DNA of 58,673 bases, filler included, from Jimgerdemannia flammicorona (Eukaryota), in the NCBI GenBank assembly GCA_003990765.1. It is 2 parts of 2 records of this genome, joined end to end, with 100 filler letters (N's around TTAATTAATTAA, not from the genome) between each part and the next. Parts side by side here need not be neighbours in the genome. Positions count along the whole stretch, not along the records: positions 1 to 29,291 come from RBNJ01000506.1; 1 more part is not named here. One strand, 5' to 3'. The notes below the pieces were generated by a model. It worked only from the letters and a program-made list of their open reading frames with translations, was not told where the DNA came from and searched no databases. Both the position numbers and the translations under genes were made by a program. Below, one piece after another: positions 1 to 10,619 of the stretch. The stretch's first letter is position 1, and every line of letters starts with the position of its first letter.

Positions 1-9
1 AAAAAAAAA

Positions 10-1881
10 GATGTTGGGAGGGGGGGCCCAATTACTGAGAACAAAATAGCAAGAGAGCATCTCACCATAATCTTTAAAGAAGATGGCAAGGTCAAGAGCA
101 TGACAAAAGCATGTGAGATAAGCCAGATCAGTGAAGGAGAATTGTGAGGGAGTCAGGGGAAAAACAAAGCAAAGACCCAAGGATAAGGCAAAGACTTGAA
201 GGAGAGAAAGGGGGCAGTCAGCCAAAGAGAAAGGAGGAGACAAAAGTGTTCCAAGAGAAGAATAGACCTGAAAATTTGGGACGAGCAACTGGGAAAGACG
301 AAGGGGGGACAACATGAGGAACCACTCAGGGCACACCAGAAGTGATGATGGAATCCAAGAAGAGACATGGACACTGTGGGAGAACTACATCAGGGGGAAG
401 TTTAAGAGTGGGAGGCCTTCCCCTTCCCTCTGACTTTTTTTGAAGGCAGTGAACCCGATGAACAAGAGTACACCCCATCAGAGTGCCCAACCTTGCGGCT
501 ACAGGCTTTCATGCAGCCCTTATATTCAGGACCATGGGTGGAGATAGCAGAGGAGGAACTGGCAGAGGAGACCAAAGGCAAGCAGGCAGCTGAAGGGGCA
601 GCAGCGTGAGGAACACCACCATGAGGACAGATGGACTTGGCCAGGTGCCAGTAGGTATGGTGGAGGTGACCAGAGCAGATAGCACAAGGCCAGGCCCCGA
701 CAGAGTGAGAACCAAGTTGGTGGCCATGCTTGGGGGCAGGGGGAATGAAGGAGGAGGCCTTGCCAGAGGAGGGAGACAGGGAAGAGGCTGATGAAGCTTG
801 GTTGGGCTTGGCAGGGGTCTTGGCGGGGGTCTTGGAGAGGGCCTTAGCAGCAGCAGCAGCGAAGGAAACAGATCTCAGCACAGGCAGCAGTGTGAGTTTC
901 GGCACAAATGGCCTTGGAGACCGAAACCTCAGGAGAGACAAGCAGGGGAGCAGTGGCGGCAGTGCGAGCAGAAGCAGTGGCATGTGATGACTCCTGCTCA
1001 TAAAGGTGAGTGATGAAGGAAGTGCCGGTGAGGAGGAAGCTATGCATAGCATCAATGTCAGTGGTGATAGAAGGAACCTTGTGAATGGTGAAGCCACACA
1101 AGGGGCAGCATCCAGGAGGTGGGAGGAGGCAAAGGCCACAAAAGTGGCACAGGCATGTTGGAAGGAGGCAAAAGTGGTGGCGGCAGAAGCAGCAGCAGCA
1201 TCAGCAGTGGCAAGCTTGGCAGTGGCAGTGGCAGCATGAACCTCTTCAGAGAGAGCTTGGCAGCGGGCCTCAGGGAGAATGGAGTAGTGGATGGCAGGCA
1301 GAGCAATGACGTTGACATCATGGTGGAGATGAGCCTCCTTGGCAGAGAGGGCAAGAACTGACCAGAAATGAGAGAGGAGCAGATGACCAGAAGGACGAAG
1401 GTCCAGGGGGAGGGAAAGAATGGTGGATGAGACATAGGTCTCGAATGAGACAGTGGTGGGGGTAAAGGCAAGGGGAGGAGGAGAAAGAATCTCATCCATG
1501 AGCTCATCGATGAGGACAGAGGCCCCGAGGGCAGGTGGTACAGCAGAGGAGGAAGAAGGCCCAGCAGGAGCCATGGGAGTGAACTCAGAACCAGTGTAAA
1601 AATGAATGGAAGATATGTGGAAGAATATATATAAGGGAGATGAACAAAGAACATAACCGAAATTGCATCAGCCATTTATTGCAATATAAAAACACAGTCC
1701 TTATATATAAAATACAACATCCCAAAAGAGAGGATACACCACAACTCAGGGTGAACTGAATTAGGAACCATATGACTGCTGGAGATAAGTAGAGATAAGA
1801 GGGGAGCCAATCCCAGTTGCAGGATAAAAATCACAAACAAATACAAACAAAACAAATCCAAATTGGGATTAAAAAACATCC
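10..1881 (-). mobile_element. Penelope-like element family 1, inverted arm (pLTR part, ORF1 and RT N-terminus)
   Basis: Reverse complement of about 2033-4100, minus the LINE insert; differences are mostly transitions. Ends at an A-run at 1-9. Confidence 0.9.
402..1574 (-). CDS. PLE family 1 ORF1 (390 aa, Ala/Ser/Pro-rich, Cys/His-rich C-terminus), open but hypermutated
   Basis: ORF MAPAGPSS...; homologous to 2537-3692 and to the relic at about 22180-23530; lies directly upstream of the PLE RT. Confidence 0.7.
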   Translation of the reverse strand: MAPAGPSSSSAVPPALGASVLIDELMDEILSPPPLAFTPTTVSFETYVSSTILSLPLDLRPSGHLLLSHFWSVLALSAKEAHLHHDVNVIALPAIHYSILPEARCQALSEEVHAATATAKLATADAAAASAATTFASFQHACATFVAFASSHLLDAAPCVASPFTRFLLSPLTLMLCIASSSPALPSSLTFMSRSHHMPLLLLALPPLLPCLSLLRFRSPRPFVPKLTLLPVLRSVSFAAAAAKALSKTPAKTPAKPNQASSASSLSPSSGKASSFIPPAPKHGHQLGSHSVGAWPCAICSGHLHHTYWHLAKSICPHGGVPHAAAPSAACLPLVSSASSSSAISTHGPEYKGCMKACSRKVGHSDGVYSCSSGSLPSKKVRGKGKASHS

Positions 1882-2148
1882 TTACCCACTCCGGGGTCTT
1901 GTACTTGCTCTGGGGTCTCGGCCTTACTCTGCTCCCCTCCACTGCCTTTGGCCCCTTACTTCACTAAGACTCACTGCAGCTTGCTCCATTTCGGCCTCAC
2001 CCCTCACTTGTGCTCACCCCTCTGGGGTCTGTGGATGTTTTTTAATCTCGATTTAGATTTGTGTTGTTTGTGTTTGTTTGTGATTTTGATCCTACAACTG
2101 GGATTGGCTCCCCTCTTATCTCTACTTATCTCCAGCAGTCATATGATT

Positions 2149-2221
<73 letters not shown>

Positions 2222-2570
2222 GTCCTTGGACTTCCTTTCTTTATTATGCCCATCTATCTCATATAAATACAGTGACCCCTCCTCCTATCCGATCCCCTTA
2301 GGGGGGCCCCCCACCCCTACCCCTTTCCAATGAAGTCATGTGATTCCTAATTCAGTTCGCCCCAAGTTGTGGTGCATCCTCCCTTTTGGGACATTGTATT
2401 TTGTATATAAGGACTGCGTTTTTATATAGCAATAAATGGCTGATGCAATTTCAGTTATGTTCTTTGTTCATCCCCCTTATACACACTCTTCCACATATCT
2501 TCCATTCGTTTTGACACTAGTTCTGGTTTCGCTCCCATGGCTCCTGCTGGGCCTTCTTCCTTCTCTGCTA
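1866..2570 (+). repeat. 5' pseudo-LTR of PLE family 1, interrupted by a LINE tail
   Basis: Direct repeat of 5710-6212 once 2149-2345 is removed. Confidence 0.85.
2149..2333 (-). mobile_element. Severely 5'-truncated LINE (3' UTR plus ~68-nt poly(A))
   Basis: Reverse complement resembles the LINE 3' end at about 17065-17190; 12-bp TSD AGTCAT(A/G)TGATT at 2137-2148 and 2334-2345. Confidence 0.9.
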
Positions 2571-3692
2571 TACCACCTGCCTTCAGGGCCTCCATCCTCA
2601 TTGATGAGCTCATGGATGAGGTTCTTCCTCCTCCTCCCCCTGCCTTTACCCCCACCACTGTCTCATTCAAGACCTATGTCTCGTCCACCATTCTTTCTCT
2701 CCCTGGACCTTCATCCTTCTGGTCATCTGCTCCTCTCTCAGTTTCGGTCAGTTCTTGCCCTCTCTGCCAAGGAGGCTCATCTCCACTGTAATGTTGATGT
2801 CATTGCTCCACCCACCATCCACTACTCTGTTCTCCCTGAGGCCTGCCGCCAAGCTCTCTCTGAAGAGGTTCATGCCGCCACTTCTGCTGCCAAGCTTGCT
2901 ACCACTGATGCTGCTGCTGCTTCTACCACCACCACTTCTGCCTCCTTCCAACGTGCCTGTGCTGCTTTTGTGACCTTTGCCTTCTCTTGTCTCCTGGATG
3001 CTGCTGCCTTCTGTGGCTTTGCCATCCATGAGGTTCCTTCTGTCACTGCTGACATCAATGCTGTGCATCGCTTCCTCCTCATCAGCACTTCCTTTGTTGC
3101 TCACCTTCATGAGCAGGAGTCATCACATGATGCTGCTTCTGCTTGCGCTGCTGCCACTGCTCCCCTGCCTACCTCCCCTGAGGTTTTAGTCTCCAAGGCC
3201 ATTCATGCCGAAGCTCGCACTACTGCCTGTGCTGAGGTCTGTTCCTTCGCTGCCACCACTGCCAAGGCCCCCTCCAAGACCCCTGCCAAGACCCCCGCCA
3301 AGCCCAACCAAGCTTTGTCAGCCTCTTCTCAGTCCCCCTCCCCTGGCAAGGCCTCCTCCTCTGTTCCCCCTGCTGCCAAGCATGGCTGCCAACTTAGTTC
3401 TCGCCCTGTCAGGGCCTGGCCTTGTGCTGGCTGCTCCGGTCACCTCCACCATGCCTACTGGCACCCAGCCAAGTCCATCTGTCCTCATGGTGGTGTTCCT
3501 TGTACTGCTGCCCCTTCAGCTGCCCACTCACCTTCAGCCTCCTCTACCAGTTCCTCCTCTGCCTCCTCCACCTGTGCCCCTGAATGTAAGGGCTGCACGA
3601 AAGCCTGTGGCCGCAAGGTCTGGCACTCTGATGGGGTGTGCTCCCATTCATCGGGTTCGCTGCCTTCAAAAAAAGTCAGAGAGAAGGGGTAG
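2537..3692 (+). pseudogene. PLE family 1 ORF1, frameshifted near 2700
   Basis: Track ORFs 2537..2791 and 2436..3692 together reproduce the 402..1574 protein. Confidence 0.8.
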
Positions 3693-5716
3693 ACCTCCTG
3701 CTCTTAAACTTCCCCCTGGCATGGTTCTCCCCCAGTGTCCCTGTCTCTTCTCGGAGTCCATTGTTGCTTCTGGTGTACCCTGAGTGGTTCCTCATGTTGT
3801 CCCCCCTTCACCTTTCCCTGTTGCTTATCCCGAATTTTCGGGTTTATTCTTCTCTTGAAACACTTTTGTCTCCTCCTTTCTCTTTGGCTGACTGCTCCCT
3901 TTCTCCCCTTCAAGTCTTTGACTTATCCTTGGGTCCTCGCTTTGTTTTTCCTGAGATTCCCTCACAATTCTCCTTCACTGATCTGGCTTGTCTCACATGC
4001 TTTCATTGTGCTCTTGACCTTGCCATCTTCTTTAAAGATCATGGTGAGATGCCCTCTCACTATTTTGTTGCCAGTGATTGGGCCCCCCCTTCCAACATCT
4101 CTTCATACTGTGTATTCCTCGACATGGCTTGCTCATTGTCTGTTCCTGGATCACTCGCTCTTGCTTGATTTCAGACCATGCCATGCATACTGCACTTAAA
4201 TCAGTCAAGCAATTGCCTTTACATTTGCTCACAGTCACTGATAAGAATCAGGGTTTTGCACTTATTCCTAAGTTGCTCTACCTTGATGGCCTTTCTGCCC
4301 TCCTTCAAGCTGTGGCTTACAAGCCTAGTGCTCTTGAATTGGATGAGGTTCTCACTCTTCTTCAGGTTTCTCTGTCTCATGCCAGATCACTTTCGGATTC
4401 CCCATTTGCGAATCCCATTTTTAACTCTTCCAGGACTCTTTGTCCTCCCTTGATATTTGTCTTCCAGTTTTCTTTGCCCTTCCTAAGGTTTACAAGCCTC
4501 CTTTGGCTTGGTGTCCCATTATGGCTACTTATAATTCCCCCACCACTGAGATTTCAAAGTGGTTATCCCGCTTCTTCCTCTCCTGGATGGCTCTCTTACA
4601 ACACCATCTTGGGCCTGAGTATACTATTCTTCATGATACTCAGGAGCTCGCCCTTCTCTGCTCCACCATTGTACCTGTTCACCATTTTTCCCATTTGGCC
4701 TCTGGTGATTTTTCCTCCTTCTATACTGCTATTCATTTTGATGAGATCAACGATTGCCTTCACTTCTTGGGTTCTATTGTCTTTTCTTGGATTCTCTGGT
4801 CTCGTTGGCTTCCATTGTTGAGCTTATACTCCTTGTCTGTGGCACTAATTATTTTGAGTCAGCCCTTGGCTCCTTCCACCAGACTTCTGGTATTGCCATA
4901 GATATGAATTGTACCTCTACCCTTGCCAATCTCGTTGGCCTGGCCCATGAACTTCATGTAATACATGATCTTTTTTCACCTCTTTCTATCACATTCCAGG
5001 CTGGGGATATCTTCTTTTGCTGATACATCGACTACTTTATTGTCTTTGCTGTTGCTGGTATTGATATTCCTATTGTGTTTCTGAGCATCTACCCTCCCCA
5101 CCACTCTATTACTTGGGTGTGCAATCTGACTAGTATTCCCTTTTTGGACCTTTCCATTTCTCTTTCTCCTTTTCGAACTGTTGTTTATTCTCATTTTCCA
5201 CATTCTCAACAGTTCTCTGACTTCTTGTCCAACCATCCTCATTGCACTCTTCTTGAATGTATTTGTGGTGAGGCTTGTCATCTTGTACTATGCTGCTCTC
5301 ATCATTCTGATTGGGTGTCTGCTGTTTGGGTTCTTGGTAACTTCATGGTCCATTGTCATGCCTACCCAATTTCTATCATTCGTGATCTGCTTGCTTCCGT
5401 TGAATGGTCTGTTTGCTCTTCCCTTCTCTCCCCTCTTTATCCACCTTCCCTTTCCTCCCTCCCCCCTTACCCTCTCCATACTCCCTCTTCTTTCCCACTC
5501 CCAATTCTCATTGTACCATTCAATCATACTCACTGGGTTGCTCAATGCCCTGATACCATCCTGTGCTCTTCTCTTTCATGCTATGGACTTTCATCTCTTT
5601 CTCAACACCCTCTGATTGCTCATTTGTGTCTTCCTTCTGTTTCTTCTTTAATCCATCACTCTTGTTTTGCATTTTCATCACCTTCCGGTGCCTCTGGCTC
5701 TGCTGGAGAGGATTAA
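3693..5716 (+). pseudogene. Penelope-type reverse transcriptase with stops and frameshifts
   Basis: Motifs LSLGPRF, TDKNQG, LPKVYK..W(R)PI, GDFSSFYTAI, GIAI.MNC..TLANL, (R)YID, FLDL and a thumb region with AYP; TAA stop at 5714-5716. Confidence 0.9.
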
Positions 5717-6212
5717 AAAACATCCTTGCCCCCTCCGGGGTCACATGCTCACTCTGGGCTTTCAGCCTTACTCCGCTCCCCTCTGCTGCCTTCGGTCACT
5801 CACTTCACTCAGGCTTACTGTGGCTCACTCCATTTCGGCCTCACCCCTCACTTGCACTCACCCCTCTTGGGTCTGTGGATGTTTTTTAATCCCAATTTGG
5901 ATTTGTTTTGTTTGTATTTGATTGTAATTTTTATCCTGCAACTGGGATTGACTCCCCTCTTATCTCTGCTTATCTCCAGCAGTCATGTGGTTCCTAATTC
6001 AGTTCATCCTGAGTTGTGGCACATCCTCCCTTTTGGGACATCATATTTTGTATATAAGGACCACATTTTTACATGGCAATAAATGGCTGATGCAATTTCA
6101 GTTACATTCTTTGTTCATCCCCCTTATACATGCTCTTCCACATGTCTTCCATTCGTTTTGACACTGGTTCTGGGTTCGCTCCCATGACTCCCAATGGGCC
6201 TTCTTCCTCCCC
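5710..6212 (+). repeat. 3' pseudo-LTR of PLE family 1 (16-bp inverted repeat, GC-rich core, TATA-like motif, AATAAA, ORF1 start)
   Basis: GGATTAAAAAACATCC at 5710-5725 and GGATGTTTTTTAATCC at 5877-5892; GTATATAAG at about 6050; AATAAA at about 6078. Confidence 0.85.
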
Positions 6213-6924
6213 TCCTCCACCCAGAGATAACAGGAGCTATTAGCAAGAAGACAGAAGATATCCTGTCTGAGACAGAACCAAAGTCCAATACTTCCACAGT
6301 GGACAATTCAGGCACTATACCACTGAATGTGACAACAAAATAAGTGACTGAAGGGACTCAGAACCACCAAACCAAAGGAATGACACTCAGTACAAGAAGA
6401 CTGAAGCCCATCTAGTTGAAGATTTCGAGAAAGTAAGCAACAGTGAAGTCTACAGTGACCTAGACTTGTACCCTACTAAGGTTACTACTTAGAAAACAGT
6501 CTACCCAGCAGAGAAAAGAAAGAGATCTGTAGGAAGACCATCAAGGAATATCAGGAGAAGAATCATTCAAGAAGAAAACAAAGAACATGAGGAGGAACAA
6601 GTAGACCTCTCTGGACTCCTTCACCTTTTGTCTCTAAGACAAATGAGCTGCTACCAGAGGGCTGCTCCAAAGCCCAAGAAGAAGTACACCCTGAAGACCA
6701 TGCCCAGAGACATCTACAATAAAGCCTGGCAGAAGATTCAAGAAGCCAAGATGGATGTCCCCCTTCTGCAGTTCCTGTAACTAACACTAGCTAGTGTTCA
6801 AAACAAATTACTGAGGACCACCAGGTCAAGCACTGGCCAAGTTCTGATCCCACAATAAGAGCCAGCTCCCAATCCCATCTAAGCTGCAGAAAGACATGTC
6901 AGCACCTATATACATGGAGATATT

Positions 6925-7265
6925 GGAGGACAAAAGATGAAAATCCTCATAGATATAGGAGCAGCTGTCTGTATCATTGCCAAATGGTTCCTGGATACCC
7001 TCCAATGGCCCATTGATGGACCATCCAACCTCAGCATCATAGTAGCAGATGGAGCCCAAACTCAACACCTTGGAGAAGTACAAAACATCACTATCTCCCT
7101 TAGATACATTCAATTCTCTTTCTCAAAAGCTTTTGTCACTGAAGCTGTCATTTATGACATAATCCTTAGCACCAACTGAATGAAGGAAATGAATGCAATT
7201 GTTGATATTGGTCAACAAGTACTCAAGTTTGACTACTGGGGCAAGAAGTATAGAGTTAAGGTGAC
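6925..7265 (+). pseudogene. Retropepsin (aspartic protease) domain of Ty3 family A
   Basis: KILIDIGAAVCII (DTGA-like), VADG...LGEV, YDIILSTN. Confidence 0.85.
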
Positions 7266-8424
7266 CAGCTATGAGCAATCAAAGAAGAAGAAGAAGGTCA
7301 CTATTCAGGAAGAATATGCCAGAAGCTAAGAATCTACCTTAGAGGTGAAAGAAGAATCTGAAGATGGAAACAATCCCAGACTCAATCCCCAAATTAACCT
7401 GGTAGATGACAGATCAGAATATAATATATGGGCCAAGAACACTGTCTCCATTACTATCAGAGCCATCACAGGAGAGATCAAAGGATGCCCCACCTGTCTC
7501 AAGAGACACAAGTGCCCTGAGCACTCCTCCAAGATCATTGGGACAAGAAATTCACCTGGCACAGCCTGCCCTGAGTGCAGAAGGAAGAAGAAGAAATGCA
7601 GATATGTTCCAGAAACACCTGCTATTGAAGCTGTAGAAGTACAAGCAATTTGGGATTGAGAATTATCTGAGGAAGAAGAAGTTCCTGACCAGGAAGTCCC
7701 TGAACAAAAAGAATCTGAAGAAGAAGATGTCCACACCAAATAGTCTTCCACTCTCCTTGAGACTACTGCTATCAGTGCCATCTACTAGACCAATAGGAGA
7801 GACAGAGACCCCAGAGACTAGAAATCCCAAATACAGTTGCACAGTCAACTACCTTCCAAGAAGTTATTACCAAGTTGCAAAGTAGATTTAGAGGACAAGG
7901 CCTCTTTACCAGAATAGAAGTCTATCCCTTGTCTACTCTTCTCCCAACTTATGACCAAGATGAGTACTGATTTCTGAGATAATAAGATATCAACAACCAG
8001 GAACATCATTTCCAAGCAATGGGATTTTGCAACCATGGAAGATACTCAGATTGCTGAGACTGCAGACATCAGGAGATTCATCTCAGTCATGATGTTTTAA
8101 TCCATACTTTGAAGAGAGGAGTTAACTGAAGCCAGATTTGAAAAAGTCAGACCAAAAAGCTAGGAAGAAGAACTCTCAAGATCTACAATTTAGAAGAAGA
8201 CATCCTAGCTCTCATCAGACATACAATCTGCCAAGGATGGGTAGAAGATACCACCAACTTCATGGAAGCCCCAGACCCTATAGGAAGAAGAGGAATCAAC
8301 TATCTCCAAGATCCCACTACTGGAGCCAGATGGCCACACCTCAATCTCAGAGCCTGGAGACTCTCTGCTAGTGGAGCTTCAGCCCTAGGACAGCCCAAAC
8401 TCAGCAAGGATATTTCCCAATATG

Positions 8425-8798
8425 CCCTGCTACATCCCAAGGCCAAACCCCCAATGAAAGCCCACCCAGAAGATATAGGATATGATCTTTACAGTCTAGA
8501 GAATGAATCCATCAAATTTGGAAAAACATTCATGATCAGAACTGGACTAGCCATGCAGCCACCCTAAGGAGCTTATATCCAACTGACCTCAAGATGTGGA
8601 CTTGCCAGATAAGGAATGACCCAGGATATACAGGCAAAATCAAGGTCATCCTACACAATAGCAGTGCAGAATGGTACTGAATCATTAGAGGACAGAAGAT
8701 TGCTCAAGCAGTCTTCATGAAGGTCAAGACTCCACAATTACAAGAAGTCTCTGAACTAACTGAAGGAACAAGACAAGCCAAAAAATTTGAGAGCTCAG
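8425..8798 (+). pseudogene. dUTPase domain of Ty3 family A
   Basis: IGYDLYS, TGLA, SRCGLA, DPGYTG, RGQKIAQ and a degenerate motif 5; part of motif 3 is deleted here but retained at about 47761-47800. Confidence 0.85.
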
Positions 8799-9204
8799 AT
8801 AAGAAGGAAGTACATCTTCAAGTCAACCACCTCAAGAGGAATGTTCCCTAGGAAGTGTACCACCAACCAGTCAAACTGCACAAGAATCTCATTCTGGAGC
8901 CTAGAGAACAAACTACCCTCAAAATCTTTGCACCACCTGACACCAGGAACCTTTTCTTCGAACCCAATGAAGATATCCCACACTTGGATATAGAAGGACA
9001 CACATTATCTGACAAGATGAACCTGGTGCACTCCCAAGCAACCAACCAAAGTTGGGAAACCATCATCATGCCAAAAGATACCATCATAGGACACCTGGTG
9101 CCTTTTATCAACTGAACTCATAGGGAAGTTTATGAACTAAACCTATCAGGAAATGCGAAAAGATCTCAGAAGATAGGAAAGACCCCTCTGCGACCAAGGA
9201 GACA

Positions 9205-10619
9205 GTGAAGCCTTCCACCAACATTGGAGAAGAATTGACACTCCAACAACAGCAACAACTAGTAGAACTTCTCAACAAATATAAAGATATCTTTACTACT
9301 GATTATGGCAACCTGCTATATAATCCATCATACCACCACAGCATAAATATAGGAAATGCAACACCCATTCAACAGAAACCCTATAGAATACCCCATCACC
9401 TAAAAAGATTCAAAAAGGAGCACATTCAAGAACTCTTAGACAATGGAGTCATCCGACCCTCTACCAGCCCCTGGGCCAGCCCTATACTTATTGTGCTAAA
9501 GAAAGGAAGATGGAGACTTTTTATAGAATACAGAAAACTCAATTCAGTTACCGAAAAGGATGTCTATCCTTTGCCCAGAATCTATGACCTTTTGGATCAG
9601 TTGCAAGATACCAGATACTTCAGCAGTATGGACCTTTCACAGGATTCCATGAGATCCCCATGGACCCTAAAGACATTCAGAAGACAACCTTTCATGCTCT
9701 AGGAAAACTGTTTGAATACCTCTGAATGCCTTTTGGATTTTGCAATATACCCCCCACATTTCAGAGAATGATGAATTCAGTCTATGCCTTCTTAATCTAC
9801 TACTGCCTGATTGTATATATGGATGATTCCAACATCTATTCAGCAAATTATGAAGAACACCTGCACTATCTAGAGAAATTCTTCAAGCTCACCCACAAGA
9901 ACCACTTGAGACTAAATGCAAAGAAATGCTACTTTGGGAAACAGAAACTTGAATTCCTTGGATTTATAGTTTCAAAAGAAGGAATCTATACAGACCCAAA
10001 GAAAACCAAGAAGATCAACAATTGGCCAGTACCCAAAACCCCAAAGGAAACACTATCATTCTTGATGCTAGTATCCTACTACAGAAGGTTTATCAAGGAC
10101 TTCACCCAAATCACTGCCCCAATCTGGATTCTTCTCAAGAAAGGAGTGCTATTCAAATGAGCAGAATCACAAGAAACAGCCTTCAAAGAACTCAAAAACT
10201 GTATGACTACAGTATCAATCCTTGTGCACTCCAATTTATAGAAGCCATTCATCTTATATATAGATGCTTCCAAAGATGGCCTAGGAGCAGTTCTAGTCCA
10301 AGAAGGACCTGACCAACAACACTATGTGATAGCTTATGTAAGCTGAGCTACCAATCAGCAGCAGATGAACTATGGTAGCACCAAACTAGAATGCCTTGCA
10401 GTCATATAGGCAGTCACTCTGTTCAAGCATTACCTCATTGGAAAAAGGTTCACCCTAATCACAGACCATGCAGCCCTCAAATAACTATTCAACTACAAGA
10501 AACCCACTAGAATCCTAGCTCACTGAATCCTTATCCTTCAGGATTACAAAATCACCATCATCCACAAAGCAGAGAAAGCTCACAACAATATTGATGTACT
10601 TTTCTGCCAGCCCCAATGA
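9205..10619 (+). pseudogene. RT and RNase H domains of Ty3 family A
   Basis: SPWASP, YRKLN, YPLPRI, MPFG, YMDD, FLGF, DASKDGLGAVL, ECLAV, TDH. Confidence 0.95.

Larger units (their letters stand above)
1866..6212 (+). mobile_element. Endonuclease-lacking Penelope-like retroelement family 1: pLTR-ORF1-RT-pLTR
   Basis: Direct terminal repeats of ~500 bp flank ORF1 and a PLE-type RT; no GIY-YIG motif seen at either end of the RT ORF. Confidence 0.85.

Noticed and set aside
2439..2460. Hammerhead ribozyme in the PLE pLTRs (CTGATGC here and twice in family 2)
   Set aside because: The core needs CUGANGA plus a correctly placed GAAA and stems; these were not found by eye. A covariance-model search would be decisive.
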